NCBI GenBank assembly: GCA_017550115.1
Contig: JAFYLR010000016.1
Span: 1 to 56,804, forward strand
DNA: 56,804 nucleotides
Reading direction: 5' to 3'
Source of the DNA: Clostridia bacterium
GTDB taxonomy: Bacteria; Bacillota; Clostridia; Oscillospirales; CAG-272
Shown here: in pieces, positions 1 through 10,701 of the stretch
How the letters are laid out: every line of letters begins with the position of its first letter
Position numbering within the stretch: the first letter of the stretch is position 1
Position numbers and translations under genes: made by a program
The notes under the pieces: model-generated
What the model was told of the DNA's origin: nothing
Databases searched by the model: none
Seen by the model: only the letters and a program-made list of their open reading frames with translations

Positions 1-319
1 CCTTTGGAGAGAAGGGTTTGACAACGTAATCGTCGATTCCAAGCTCGAATCCGTTTATCTTGTCATATTCTTCGCCTCTGGCACTGAGCATAATAATAGG
101 AGTGTTTGAGCTTTTACGTATCTCTCGGCAGGCTGAAAAACCGTCAAGCTCGGGCATCATTATATCCATTATAATGATGTCAAAGTTCGTTTTTCTGCAA
201 AGCAGTACGGCTTCCATTCCGTCGGAGGCTTCGGTTACGTTATGTCCTTCAAAGATAGCATATTTTGTTATAAGCTCACGAATTCTTATCTCATCGTCAA
301 CCACAAGAATATTATACAT
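1..319 (-). CDS. Response regulator receiver domain (OmpR/PhoB-type), C-terminal part cut by the window edge
   Basis: Not in the ORF track because it runs off the edge. Reverse translation from the ATG (revcomp of 317-319) gives MYNILVVDDEIRIRELITKYAIFEGHNVTEASDGMEAVLLCRKTNFDIIIMDIMMPELDGFSACREIRKSSNTPIIMLSARGEEYDKINGFELGIDDYVVKPFSPK. This has the classic DD..D..K receiver signature. Confidence 0.85.
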   Translation of the reverse strand, partial: MYNILVVDDEIRIRELITKYAIFEGHNVTEASDGMEAVLLCRKTNFDIIIMDIMMPELDGFSACREIRKSSNTPIIMLSARGEEYDKINGFELGIDDYVVKPFSPK

Positions 320-463
320 CTACATTTTTCTCCTTAAAATGCTTATATCTTTGTCCGAAAACAAAATGAGAGGGCGACTTTGTGCGGAAACCGCCACAGC
401 GATAGCCGACGGGGACCGCAAGGGTCGCCCCCGCATTCGTTTGTTTTATGTTATGCTTTTTTA

Positions 464-1894
464 TCAGTCAAATGTGACCTCATTTACCCCTTCGGGAACA
501 TATTCTCTGAGAGTCAGCTTAACGTCGATAAGTCTGCCCCCTCTGACAACTGTCACATCAACAACATCTCCGACAGCACAGCCGGACAAAGCCGCTTTAA
601 CACCGGCAGATGTAGAGACTTCTGTGCCGTTGATTGAAGCGATTCTGTCACCGCTTTTTATATCATCGGAATATTTCGATTCGGCAACGTAAACTCCGAG
701 TGAATTTACTCTATAAGACGCCGCAGTGAAAAGGTCTCTTATGTCGATAAGCTCAAGACCATGATCTATTCTACCCTTGACATATCCGTAATCCATAAGC
801 TGAAGCGAAATGTTATATGCCGTATCTATCGGAATAGCAAAGCCGAGACCTTCAACGTCGCTTCCGCTCGATTTTGCGTTTATGATACCAACAAGCTCTC
901 CGTAAAGATTGAACATTCCGCCCCCTGAATTTCCGGGGTTAACTGCGGCATTTGTCTGAATGAGCGTCATATTCTCGCCGTCTATGGTTATCTCACGTGC
1001 AAGTGCACTTATTATTCCGTTCGTTACAGTTCCGCCAAGCTCACCCAAAGGGTTTCCGATAACGATAATTTCTTCTGCCAAAGACAGATTTGCCGATGAG
1101 CCGAGCGTTGCTGTGGTGAGCTCTTCGTTCGGATTTATTTTTAGTATAGCTATATCAGAGCTTGCATCGCTGCCAAGTATTTCTGCTTCGTATTCATTTC
1201 CGTTTGTCAGTCTGACGATAACCTTGTTTGCGGAATTTATAACGTGGTTGTTCGTTATAACGATTCCTTCCTTTGCAATTATAACTCCGCTTCCAGCACC
1301 GCTTTGTACGTACTGATAAAAGCTGTTGCCGTTGACTACCTGTTCTGTCGTTATCTCGACAACAGAGTCGCGAACAAGCTTTGCTACCTGAGATTTAGTC
1401 ATAAGCTCGCCGACCTTGCCGGAGTTTTCCTTTGCAGGCTCGGAATCGTTTTTGTTTATTGTCGCTGTTATATCTTGCTTGTTTTCGGTATTTGCGTCTG
1501 TTTGAGGATGGTTCGTTTCGGGTTCTGTTCCGCCGTTCGTGTCCTCAATTATAAAGTTTGGAGCGTCGTTTCCTGCCATATGAGATGTTGCAACAAGGAA
1601 ACCGATGCCGGAGAATGTAAGCGCGACTACGACAAAAGCACAAACCGCAATGGCAATAATTCCTGCTTTGGAGTTGTTTTTTTTCGGCTGCTCTCGTCTT
1701 GCGTCCGAGTATGGCGAATACATATTGTTTTGCTGCATATATCTTACGTTCTCGGTTGTGTGTGTGTAACCGTTGTTTGATGGGATATAAGTGCTGCTGT
1801 AAGTCGCAGGTGCTTCATTGTTTTGAGGCGCACTGTTTTCTTTTATTTCGTCTTGCGAATTGTTTATACTGTTATTTTCAAAATCATTCATCAT
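464..1894 (-). CDS. htrA: HtrA/DegP-family trypsin-like serine protease with N-terminal membrane anchor and C-terminal PDZ
   Basis: Catalytic motifs TNNHV, DIAILK and GNSGGGMF are present. There is a TM segment (AGIIAIAVCAFVVVALTF) and a PDZ-like tail. RBS AAAGGAGGA sits upstream of the ATG at 1894; the track's first M is a TTG at 1897. Confidence 0.85.
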   Translation of the reverse strand: MMNDFENNSINNSQDEIKENSAPQNNEAPATYSSTYIPSNNGYTHTTENVRYMQQNNMYSPYSDARREQPKKNNSKAGIIAIAVCAFVVVALTFSGIGFLVATSHMAGNDAPNFIIEDTNGGTEPETNHPQTDANTENKQDITATINKNDSEPAKENSGKVGELMTKSQVAKLVRDSVVEITTEQVVNGNSFYQYVQSGAGSGVIIAKEGIVITNNHVINSANKVIVRLTNGNEYEAEILGSDASSDIAILKINPNEELTTATLGSSANLSLAEEIIVIGNPLGELGGTVTNGIISALAREITIDGENMTLIQTNAAVNPGNSGGGMFNLYGELVGIINAKSSGSDVEGLGFAIPIDTAYNISLQLMDYGYVKGRIDHGLELIDIRDLFTAASYRVNSLGVYVAESKYSDDIKSGDRIASINGTEVSTSAGVKAALSGCAVGDVVDVTVVRGGRLIDVKLTLREYVPEGVNEVTFD

Positions 1895-1987
1895 CAAAAT
1901 CCTCCTTTGATGAAATTTGCCTTTATGATAGTATTATACACGTCTATTGTGACAGTTTTTTGACCGTGATTGAAAAACATATTGAAT

Positions 1988-2479
1988 TTAATCTAAAGTA
2001 TCGGCATTTTTTGATTTTTTTGATATGCGCAGAATTATTCTCCAGATGGCGTAGATAAAAGCGGTCACAATAAATGCTACAGCTGAATATACGAGGATAA
2101 GAAATCCTGCGGCAAGCATATATACGTAAGAAACCAAAGTAAATCCGGCACTATTCTCGGCGAGAATGATGCCTGCTGCGACCATAACTCCGCCAAGAGC
2201 AAACGAAACGAAGCTTGCGAGGAGAATCGTGAAAAATACGGCTTTTGCCGCCCCGTAGCGTTCTTTGAAGAATATAAAAATGAAGATTACCGCACATATG
2301 GCAAAGAGTATAAGACAGAGCTTGCGGTAATGACCGAGTGTTGCTGAAACCTTTACCGCTTTATCGGCATATGGTGCAAGATATTTGTCCGCTAACTGCA
2401 AAATAAGGCTGGCAGCCAGTGCTGACAGTGCCGTTATGGCGGAAAGTTTCTTTAGAGTTTTTTCAATTACATTATCCAT
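1988..2479 (-). CDS. Hypothetical multi-pass membrane protein
   Basis: 163-aa ORF with about 4 hydrophobic helices. Its ATG overlaps the last codons of the upstream GH13 gene by 8 nt, so it is probably co-transcribed. I recognise no family. Confidence 0.5.
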   Translation of the reverse strand: MDNVIEKTLKKLSAITALSALAASLILQLADKYLAPYADKAVKVSATLGHYRKLCLILFAICAVIFIFIFFKERYGAAKAVFFTILLASFVSFALGGVMVAAGIILAENSAGFTLVSYVYMLAAGFLILVYSAVAFIVTAFIYAIWRIILRISKKSKNADTLD

Positions 2480-4376
2480 TTTTCAATATAAATGCCGTAT
2501 GCGGAGCAATAGGCGTTTTTTCGTTTATTTTTTTGCCCGAGAGCATATCGAGGCCGCAAAGAGCAGGGAAAAGCTCCTTATTACTTGCATTTACTGCCAC
2601 CGTAACGATTTTTCCTTCAAGTTCTCTTTGGTATTCTATATAAGCTCCCTCAGCTTTTGTTATTTTGAATAAGCCTTCGGCAAAGATGGTGTTTTTACGT
2701 CGGATATTGCCGAGAAGCTTATAATGTTCAAGAAGTTCTTTGCTTTCACGTCCCCAAGGGAAAGGCATACGGCAGAACGGGTCATGATACCCCTCAAGCC
2801 CGGCTTCGTCTCCGTAAAATACAGACGGAACTCCGTAAACGGTATATTGAATTATACTGCCGAGCTTCAAAAGCTTTATCGCTCTATCCTTTGTTTCTTC
2901 ACTCATTTTCATGTACGCAAGCTCGCAATTCGGTCTGCCGTTGCTTTGCTCTCCGCCGAGTACCGTGAGAATTCTCTCCGTATCGTGTGTTCCGAGAATG
3001 TTCATAAGACAGTCGCATACGCATTTGGGATAGGATGAATAAATCTCGATAAGAGTTTTCGAGAGTCCATGAGCATCGCCTGATAGCAGAAAATCAATTA
3101 TAGCCGTGCGCAAAGGATAATTCATAACGCTGTCAAGCTGTGCACCCTGAAAATATCTGCGGCGTTTGCCGTAAGATATCTTATCTGCGGCATTTTCCCA
3201 AACCTCTCCGATTATGATTGCATCGTCTCCGGAAAGCTCTTTTGCGGTTGAACGGAGTGTGTCGAGAAAAGTGTCGTTAAGCTCGTCCGCAACGTCAAGT
3301 CTGATGCCGCCGATACCCATTTTCGTATATTTTCCGACCACAGACTTCTCACCCTTCACAAGAAAATCTCTACATTCAGGATTCTCAAGATTTAATTTCG
3401 GCAGTATCGGGATTCCCCACCAGCTCAAATATTTGTCGGGGTGATTTTCAAAGGTGTACCATTTATAATATGGCGACTGCTCGGATTGATAAGCACCGAG
3501 AGAATCGTATTTTCCGTATTTATTAAAATAAAGGCTGTCGTCTCCCGTGTGATTGAAAACACCGTCAAGGATTATCTTTATTCCTTTTTCTGCGGCAGCC
3601 TCTATAAGAGCTTTTAATGCTTCTTCGCCGCCAAACATCTCATCGACTTGCATATAGTCGCCCGTGTCATACTTGTGGTTTGAATATGACTTGAAGATGG
3701 GACTAAGATAAATGACTGTTACGCCAAGTGAGGAGAGATAATCAAGCTTTTCACGAATTCCTATCAAATTTCCGCCGAAAAAGACGTTGTTCTTGACAAA
3801 TGCCCCCGGATATTCGCCGTATTGCGGTATTCCGTTTTCCCAATCGTCGTTCATTTCGGCATCGGGACGGCAGAGAGGGAGATAAGAGCCTTTTGCAAAA
3901 CGGTCAACGAAAATATGGTACATTATGCCGCCTCGAAACCATTTTGGAGTGTCGAAGCCCTCCTCATAAACGAGAAGACGAAACTTTTTTCCTTCGTTTT
4001 TCGAAAGTGTTATATTTACGTTATCTTCCGTGCATGAGAAAAGGACTTCCTTTCCACAAGGGAAAACGAAGTCATAATAAAAAAGCCCCGAGACTTGATT
4101 TTCACATATAGAGGACAGGGAGATGGTAAGCTCGAAAACGTCGCAGCCGAGCTCTGTTTTGATATATTCAAACTTTCTCTCTTTCACCTCTCCTCCGTCC
4201 TGTGCTAACCTGATGCACGGTACGGTAATTCCGAGCAAACGGGGAATATGAAGAGAAAACGTTAAAACGTCGGTGCGAGAGAACGCTCCAAAGAGTGAAG
4301 CGTCCTTTCCACCAACCGTTTTGTTTAAGGTTATTTTACAGTTTTCTGAAATTAAGGAAGTTAGTTTAGCAAGCAT
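2472..4376 (-). CDS. Glycoside hydrolase family 13 (alpha-amylase / neopullulanase-like)
   Basis: GH13 conserved regions are present: DGVFNHTG, GGIRLDVADEL, IIGEVWE, LGTHDTERI. It lies directly downstream of glgP. The ATG at 4376 is preceded by GGGGG; the track's start at 4397 is a TTG. Confidence 0.8.
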   Translation of the reverse strand: MLAKLTSLISENCKITLNKTVGGKDASLFGAFSRTDVLTFSLHIPRLLGITVPCIRLAQDGGEVKERKFEYIKTELGCDVFELTISLSSICENQVSGLFYYDFVFPCGKEVLFSCTEDNVNITLSKNEGKKFRLLVYEEGFDTPKWFRGGIMYHIFVDRFAKGSYLPLCRPDAEMNDDWENGIPQYGEYPGAFVKNNVFFGGNLIGIREKLDYLSSLGVTVIYLSPIFKSYSNHKYDTGDYMQVDEMFGGEEALKALIEAAAEKGIKIILDGVFNHTGDDSLYFNKYGKYDSLGAYQSEQSPYYKWYTFENHPDKYLSWWGIPILPKLNLENPECRDFLVKGEKSVVGKYTKMGIGGIRLDVADELNDTFLDTLRSTAKELSGDDAIIIGEVWENAADKISYGKRRRYFQGAQLDSVMNYPLRTAIIDFLLSGDAHGLSKTLIEIYSSYPKCVCDCLMNILGTHDTERILTVLGGEQSNGRPNCELAYMKMSEETKDRAIKLLKLGSIIQYTVYGVPSVFYGDEAGLEGYHDPFCRMPFPWGRESKELLEHYKLLGNIRRKNTIFAEGLFKITKAEGAYIEYQRELEGKIVTVAVNASNKELFPALCGLDMLSGKKINEKTPIAPHTAFILKNG

Positions 4377-4401
4377 TAAATGCCCCCGATAGAACAAATA
4401 A

Positions 4402-6831
4402 TTAATCGTTATTCAGTCTTTTAAGACCCCAGATTTTTTCTGCATAATCATTTATAGCTCTGTCTGCGGCAAAGAAGCCTGCTGACGCTATATTCATAAG
4501 AGACATACGGCACCAACGCTCTTTGTCGCCATAGATATCTATAGCTTTTTCATGCGTTGTGCGGTAAGATTCAAAATCCGCAAGGCACATATAAGGGTCA
4601 GCCACCCCGTGACCTGAGAGAAGATACGATGCGATGCCGGCAAAGGACTGTCCCGCAAAGCCGACATTCATACGGTCGATTATTCTTTGCAGATGATAAT
4701 TGTTTGCATAATACTCTGCCGAGCGATATCCCTTTATCCAAAGGTCCTCAACCTCGTTTTTGTTAAGGCCGAAGATGAACATATTTTCGTCCCCTGCCGC
4801 AGCCAACATTTCAACGTTCGCACCGTCAAGAGTACCGATAGTAAGGGCACCGTTTATCATCAGCTTCATACAACCCGTACCGCTTGCCTCTTTACCTGCA
4901 AGAGAGATCTGCTCGGAAATCTCGGCGGCGGGGATAAGAGCCTCAGCCATGCTCACGTTATAGTCCTCAAGGAATACGACCTGAAGCTTTTCACGAAGCC
5001 TCGGATCGTTTTCGATATCTCTGCCGATAAAGCAGAGCAGTTTTATTATTTCCTTTGCCATAGCGTATCCCGGAGCTGCCTTTGCTCCGAAGATAAATGC
5101 TTGCGGTTGGATATCAAGGTTCGGGTTTTCTTTTAAGTCACAGTAAAGATTGATTATATTAAGAGCATTCAAAAGCTGACGCTTATATTCGTGAAGTCGC
5201 TTTATTTGAACGTCAAAAACGAAGTTGGGGTCAAGACATTTGCCTGTTTTCTTCATAAGGAGATTTGAAAATGCGACTTTGTTTTGATGCTTTATTTCAG
5301 CAAGATCAGATAGAACATTCTTATCATCGGCAAATCTTTTAAGTTCAGCCAACTCTTCGGGTGCGTGTCTGTAACCGGTGCCGATAAGCCCCTCGATAAA
5401 GGAAGAAAGTCCGGGGTTCGAATAGCAGAGCCAACGGCGGTGAGCTATACCGTTTGTAACGTTTGTGAAGCGTTCGGGATATATACGGTAAAAATCCTTG
5501 AACACGTCATCGACGAGTATATCCGAATGAAGCTTTGAAACACCGTTTATCGAGTGAGAGCCGATAACGGAAAGGTTCGCCATACGCACTTGTGAATACG
5601 CAATGATCGACATCTTTGATATGCGATCCCAGTTGCCCGGAAAATGCTTCCAAGCCTCCTCGCAAAATCTTTGATTGATCTCTTTTATGATCATATGGAT
5701 TCTCGGAAGCTTTAATCTGAACAGATCCTCGTTCCAGGTTTCAAGAGCCTCGGGCATGACTGTGTGGTTCGTATAAGAAACGGTTCTTGTAACGATATCC
5801 CAAGCCTTATCCCAATCAAAGAAATACTGATCTATGAGTATTCTCATCAGTTCCGGAATACAGAGAGCAGGGTGAGTGTCGTTTATGTGGATAGCGACCT
5901 TCTCGGGAAGGTTGTCCAGTGTCCCATAGACTGCCATATGGTCTCTTATTATGCTCTGGCAAGAGGCTGAAACGAGAAAATATTGCTGACTTAGGCGCAA
6001 AAGCTTACCTTCCGTGTGATTATCGGAGGGGTAAAGCACCTTTGATATAATTTCGGCATTTGTACTTTCTTCAAGGGCCTTTGTATATTGCCCCTGTGTG
6101 AAGAGTCCCATATTGAAATTATGAATATCTCTCGCTCTCCAAAGTCTGAGTTGACTTACTGCTTTTGAGTCGGCTCCCGAGATCATCATATCGTAAGGCA
6201 CAGCCTCTATCTCTTCATAGTCCTCGTATGAGATCTCGCATCTGCCATTCGTCCACTGTTCCTTTACTCTGCCGCCGAACTGTACGTGAAACGTTCTATC
6301 AGTTCTCGGAACGAGCCATACCTCGCCTCCCGGCAACCATATGTCAGGCAACTCTATCTGCATACCATCAACGATCATTTGCTTGAAAAGACCGTATTCA
6401 TAGCATATAGAAAAGCCTGTTGCGGGGTAATCGAGCGAGGAGAGCGAGTCCATAAAGCAAGCGGCAAGACGTCCGAGTCCTCCGTTGCCAAGTCCCGCAT
6501 CCGGCTCACACCCATAAAGGTCGTCAAGCTCGAAGCCAAGCTCGTCAAGTGCGGTCTTGTATTCTTCGGTAAGACCGAGGTTGCAAAGATTTGTACGCAA
6601 GGATCTGCCGAGCAGAAATTCCATGCACATATAGTAGACTCGCTTTGCTCCCTTTTCGTTAACCTCGTTCTTGAAAGCCTTTCTCTTTTCCGTCAGAATA
6701 TCCTTGAGCGTAAGAGCAACGGATTTATAGACCTGTTCTCTCGTCGCGTCAGCACTTGAAGCACCGAAATAACGAGAGAGTTTACTTTCGATATTTTCTT
6801 TGATTTCGTTCGCTTTGGGGGTAAAATTCAT
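4402..6831 (-). CDS. glgP: Glycogen/maltodextrin phosphorylase
   Basis: 809 aa. It has the PLP-lysine region EASGTGCMKLMINGALTIGTLDGANVE and typical GT35 N-terminal blocks (GNGGLGRLAACF). Confidence 0.92.
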   Translation of the reverse strand: MNFTPKANEIKENIESKLSRYFGASSADATREQVYKSVALTLKDILTEKRKAFKNEVNEKGAKRVYYMCMEFLLGRSLRTNLCNLGLTEEYKTALDELGFELDDLYGCEPDAGLGNGGLGRLAACFMDSLSSLDYPATGFSICYEYGLFKQMIVDGMQIELPDIWLPGGEVWLVPRTDRTFHVQFGGRVKEQWTNGRCEISYEDYEEIEAVPYDMMISGADSKAVSQLRLWRARDIHNFNMGLFTQGQYTKALEESTNAEIISKVLYPSDNHTEGKLLRLSQQYFLVSASCQSIIRDHMAVYGTLDNLPEKVAIHINDTHPALCIPELMRILIDQYFFDWDKAWDIVTRTVSYTNHTVMPEALETWNEDLFRLKLPRIHMIIKEINQRFCEEAWKHFPGNWDRISKMSIIAYSQVRMANLSVIGSHSINGVSKLHSDILVDDVFKDFYRIYPERFTNVTNGIAHRRWLCYSNPGLSSFIEGLIGTGYRHAPEELAELKRFADDKNVLSDLAEIKHQNKVAFSNLLMKKTGKCLDPNFVFDVQIKRLHEYKRQLLNALNIINLYCDLKENPNLDIQPQAFIFGAKAAPGYAMAKEIIKLLCFIGRDIENDPRLREKLQVVFLEDYNVSMAEALIPAAEISEQISLAGKEASGTGCMKLMINGALTIGTLDGANVEMLAAAGDENMFIFGLNKNEVEDLWIKGYRSAEYYANNYHLQRIIDRMNVGFAGQSFAGIASYLLSGHGVADPYMCLADFESYRTTHEKAIDIYGDKERWCRMSLMNIASAGFFAADRAINDYAEKIWGLKRLNND

Positions 6832-6867
6832 AAATTTGGTATTCCTTTCGTATCATATACGTTCAGA

Positions 6868-8307
6868 TTACAGACTTTGGTACATTTCAATATATTTCTT
6901 TGCGGAAATGTTCCAGGAGAAATCTGTATTCATAATCTTTTTCACAAGCCTTTCACATATGTCCTTTTCGGAATAAAGCTCAAGTGCGGCACAGATTCGG
7001 TCAAGTAACTCTGCACTGTTGTAACCGGCAAAGGTAAAGCCGTTGCCTTTTATTGTGTCACCGTCAAGCCAATAGCCCTTGATGGAATCGTAAAGACCGC
7101 CTGTTTCTCTTGTGACGGGGATAGCACCGTAGCGGGAGGCTATCATCTGCGAAAGCCCACAGGGTTCGCTCTTGGACGGCATAAGGAAGATGTCCGTTGC
7201 GGCGTAAATACGCTTTGAAAGATCTCTGTCATACATTATCATAGCTCTGACTTTATCTGGGAACGTCTTTTCAAGCTCTCTGAAAAAGCTTTCGTAGATT
7301 CCCTCACCGCAACCGAGAATTATGAGCTGAACGTCATTTTCCGAGACGACCTTATATATTATTTCGCAAATTATGTCGATACCCTTATGAGAGGCAAGAC
7401 GTGAAATGACAGAGATAAGTGGTGTGTTCTCTTTCTGCGGCAGAGCAAGTTCACGCTGAAGTGCTAATTTGTTTTGCACCTTGTCACAAAGAGTTTCCGC
7501 CGAAAAGGTCTTTGCTATGCAGGGATCGTTTTCTGGATCGTAATAAACGTAGTCGATACCGTTGAGTATTCCACGCAGCTTATAAGCGTTTTGGCGGAGA
7601 ATGTTATCAAGTCCGTGTGCATATTCGGGTGTTTTTATTTCCTCTGCGTATCTGGGACTTACAGTCGAAACGATATCGGCGCAGACAATAGCACCCTTCA
7701 TAAGATTTATGCAGTTGTCGTATTCAACGATAGGGCGTTCTATGCCGCCGAGAGCAAAAACATCTCCGAGAATATCAAAATCGTATTTTCCTTGATATTC
7801 GATGTTGTGTATCGTAAAGATAGAACGGATGGAAGCGTATCTCGGGTCGGCAGAGAACAGAGTTTTGAGATAAATTACCGAAAGAGCACTCTGCCAATCG
7901 TGTGCATGGAGAATGTCCGGGAAATACCCGATTTTGTCAAGCATTGAGAGCGCTGACATACAGAAAAACGCATATCTTTCCGCATCATCATAATTGCCGT
8001 ATAGCGAATCTCTCTTATAGTAATATTCGTTATCGATAAAATAGTAGATAACTCCTTCTTGCTTGAGGCTCATTATTCTGCAATACTGCTCTCGCCACGA
8101 AAGCCTTACGTTATAGACGTATTCTTCCTTCATTTGTGAGCGAAATTCGTCTTTTATCTGGCTGTAAAGCGGCATTACTACCCTTACGTCAACGTCGCCT
8201 GCAGCAGCTTTTTTTATTGCCGTCGGAAGAGAGCCGAGAACGTCGCCAAGACCGCCCGTTGCGGCAAATGGCATCGCCTCAGAACCTACAAAAAGTATCT
8301 TTTTCAT
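6868..8307 (-). CDS. glgA: Glycogen synthase (ADP-glucose type)
   Basis: 479 aa. The N-terminus MKKILFVGSEAMPFAATGGLGDV is the GT5 KxGGL-like signature. The C-terminal block is PSKSEPCGLSQM. Confidence 0.92.
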   Translation of the reverse strand: MKKILFVGSEAMPFAATGGLGDVLGSLPTAIKKAAAGDVDVRVVMPLYSQIKDEFRSQMKEEYVYNVRLSWREQYCRIMSLKQEGVIYYFIDNEYYYKRDSLYGNYDDAERYAFFCMSALSMLDKIGYFPDILHAHDWQSALSVIYLKTLFSADPRYASIRSIFTIHNIEYQGKYDFDILGDVFALGGIERPIVEYDNCINLMKGAIVCADIVSTVSPRYAEEIKTPEYAHGLDNILRQNAYKLRGILNGIDYVYYDPENDPCIAKTFSAETLCDKVQNKLALQRELALPQKENTPLISVISRLASHKGIDIICEIIYKVVSENDVQLIILGCGEGIYESFFRELEKTFPDKVRAMIMYDRDLSKRIYAATDIFLMPSKSEPCGLSQMIASRYGAIPVTRETGGLYDSIKGYWLDGDTIKGNGFTFAGYNSAELLDRICAALELYSEKDICERLVKKIMNTDFSWNISAKKYIEMYQSL

Positions 8308-8326
8308 AATTACAAAACTCCAAAAA

Positions 8327-9463
8327 TCAAATCATTGTTCCTTTGCCGATAAAGAAAGGAAGGGTAGAGTGTCCGGAAAGATTTCTGCCGTCTTTTATGA
8401 GGACGTTTTTGTCTGATACTACGCAATTCAGCGAAACGTCATCTCCGACGACCGTGTCCTGCATAAGAATACAGTTGCGAACGACAGCACCACGCCCAAT
8501 CTTAACGCCACGGAAGATGATTGAGTTTTCAACAACTCCTTCTACCACACAGCCGTCGGCGATAAGAGAATTTGAAACATTCGCGCCCTCTGCATACCGA
8601 GTGGGTGCGGAATTGCGGACTTTTGTAAGAATTGGACGGTTTGCCTCTCCGAAAAGTGAGCGTCGAACGCCCTCGTCGAGTAATTTCATATTAGACGCAT
8701 AATACTCCGACAAAGAATTTATCTGAACGTAAAAACCGTCATAATGATATACAAAATAATTCGCACGTAAAAGATTGCGGTCGATAATATCTGTGTAAAA
8801 GCTGGTATAGCCGTGAGAAGAAGCGTCGGAAATGGCGGAGAGAAGATATTTTCTTGTTGCAACGATAATGTTCGTGCTTATTTCTTTTATGCCTTTGATG
8901 CGGCGGTTGAAATGAACGATCTCCGAGATGCGATTGTTCTCATCGGAGGAGATTACTGCACTGCCTGACGCGATCTCTAAAGAATCTGTGTCAACCTTTG
9001 TTGTGACAACCGTAACGTCAGCACATGTTTCCTTATGTTGACGGATTACATCGCCAAGGTCTATATTGCTTATAGCATCGCAGTCGCTCATAACCACATA
9101 GTCGTCCGTACAACGTGAAAGAAACTCCATAGCTCCCATCATGGCTTCAAGACGCGTTGAATAGAGCTTGTTTGCACCTGCACCGCTATAGCTGGTTATA
9201 AATGGCGGAAGTAGCTTTATACCACCTGAACGGCGGGCAAGATCCCAGTCCTTTCCCGTCCCGATATGGTCGAGAAGAGACTGATAATTATTATGTGTTA
9301 TAACCCCTATCTTAGTTATCCCCGAATTTACCATGTTTGAAAGAGTAAAGTCGATAAGGCGGTAACGGCAGCCGAAGGGAACGGAAGCCATTGTACGTTT
9401 GCGGGTGAGATCGGGTATATTTTGGTCGTGAATATTTGAAAAAACGAGTCCTACTGCACTCAT
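8327..9463 (-). CDS. glgD: Glucose-1-phosphate adenylyltransferase, GlgD (regulatory) subunit
   Basis: 378 aa. It is a paralog of the adjacent GlgC with a C-terminal left-handed beta-helix, and it lacks the GGxGxRL motif. Its position between glgC and glgA matches the Bacillus glgBCDAP order. Confidence 0.85.
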   Translation of the reverse strand: MSAVGLVFSNIHDQNIPDLTRKRTMASVPFGCRYRLIDFTLSNMVNSGITKIGVITHNNYQSLLDHIGTGKDWDLARRSGGIKLLPPFITSYSGAGANKLYSTRLEAMMGAMEFLSRCTDDYVVMSDCDAISNIDLGDVIRQHKETCADVTVVTTKVDTDSLEIASGSAVISSDENNRISEIVHFNRRIKGIKEISTNIIVATRKYLLSAISDASSHGYTSFYTDIIDRNLLRANYFVYHYDGFYVQINSLSEYYASNMKLLDEGVRRSLFGEANRPILTKVRNSAPTRYAEGANVSNSLIADGCVVEGVVENSIIFRGVKIGRGAVVRNCILMQDTVVGDDVSLNCVVSDKNVLIKDGRNLSGHSTLPFFIGKGTMI

Positions 9464-9477
9464 AGCATTTCCTCCCT

Positions 9478-10662
9478 TTATATTTCCGAGATCATTTCGC
9501 CGTCGGCGATAACTTTGCCATCGGGTATTTTAACGTCGGCTCCTATAACGGTGATGTCCTTTGCCCTCTCCCTCGGAGCACCGACCTTTGCGTCCTTGCC
9601 GACATTTACGTTGCCGTCAATTATCGAATATTCGACTTTTGCACCGGCTTCGATAACGGTTCCTGCCATAATAACGCTGTCGCGAACGACAGCACCCTCC
9701 ATGACCTTTGCACCTGTGTATATAACGCTGTTTTCAACTGTGCCGTAAATCTCGCAGCCCTCTGTAATAATGCTGTTCTCGATTTTAGCTTCAGAGCCGA
9801 TATACTGAGGAGCTGAGGAAAAATGACGTGCAAAGATACGCCAGCTTTCGTCTCCGAGATCAAAAGAAGGACGAGGACCGAGCAGGTCCATATTTGCTTC
9901 CCATAGGCTTCCGATAGTTCCAACGTCCTTCCAATAACCGTCAAACTTGTATGCAAACATTTTTTCTTTTGCTGCGAGCATCGTGGGGATAATGTTCTTA
10001 CCAAAATCGTTGGACGAATCGGGATCTTCATTATCTTCGGTGAGATATTTTTGCAATTTATCCGTTGTGAAGATGTAAATTCCCATAGATGCGAGTGTAC
10101 TGTCGGGATTTTTTGGCTTTTCGGTAAATTTGTAAATAGAATTATCCTCGTTTGCACTCATAATACCGAAACGGCTGGCTTCCTCAAGCGGAACATCAAG
10201 CACTGCGATAGTGCAGTCGGCCTCTTTTTCGATATGATAATCGAGCATCTTTGAATAATCCATTTTGTAGATGTGGTCTCCCGAAAGGATCAGGACGTAA
10301 TCCGCATCGTATTGATTTATAAAAGCAAGATTCTGATATATAGCATTTGCCGTACCTTTGTACCAGTCGGCAGTTTTGTTTCCTTGGTAAGGCGGCAATA
10401 TCTTTACACCGCCAAACGTGCGGTCAAGATCCCAAGGCAGACCGTTTCCGATATAATCATTAAGCACAAGGGGCTGATACTGCGTAAGCACCCCCACGGT
10501 GTCGATCCCTGAATTTATGCAGTTTGAAAGCGGAAAATCGATTATACGGTATTTCCCACCAAAAGGCACTGCGGGTTTTGCTGTTTTTTGGGTGAGCGCG
10601 TAAAGACGACTGCCTTGCCCTCCCGCGAGGAGCATTGCAATACATTTTTTCTTTTTGAACAT
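9478..10662 (-). CDS. glgC: Glucose-1-phosphate adenylyltransferase
   Basis: Motifs [23 protein letters not shown] and a hexapeptide-repeat C-terminus. RBS GGGAGGA lies 6 nt upstream of the ATG at 10662; the track's start at 10677 is a TTG inside the RBS. Confidence 0.92.
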   Translation of the reverse strand: MFKKKKCIAMLLAGGQGSRLYALTQKTAKPAVPFGGKYRIIDFPLSNCINSGIDTVGVLTQYQPLVLNDYIGNGLPWDLDRTFGGVKILPPYQGNKTADWYKGTANAIYQNLAFINQYDADYVLILSGDHIYKMDYSKMLDYHIEKEADCTIAVLDVPLEEASRFGIMSANEDNSIYKFTEKPKNPDSTLASMGIYIFTTDKLQKYLTEDNEDPDSSNDFGKNIIPTMLAAKEKMFAYKFDGYWKDVGTIGSLWEANMDLLGPRPSFDLGDESWRIFARHFSSAPQYIGSEAKIENSIITEGCEIYGTVENSVIYTGAKVMEGAVVRDSVIMAGTVIEAGAKVEYSIIDGNVNVGKDAKVGAPRERAKDITVIGADVKIPDGKVIADGEMISEI

Positions 10663-10701
10663 AAGCTTTCCTCCCAAGGTGATTTGTATAATATTTTAAT
10701 G

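Noticed and set aside
320-463. GGGCGAC ... GTCGCCC inverted repeat between htrA and the response regulator, as a possible terminator or riboswitch
   Set aside because: The loop is long (about 45 nt), the inner pairing is imperfect, and no clear T-run follows on the minus strand. I could not decide between an attenuator and chance complementarity.
60-692. 210-aa plus-strand ORF at the window start, and neighbouring plus-strand ORFs at 960-2058
   Set aside because: They are antisense to the response-regulator and HtrA genes, both of which have clear catalytic motifs. They have no RBS.
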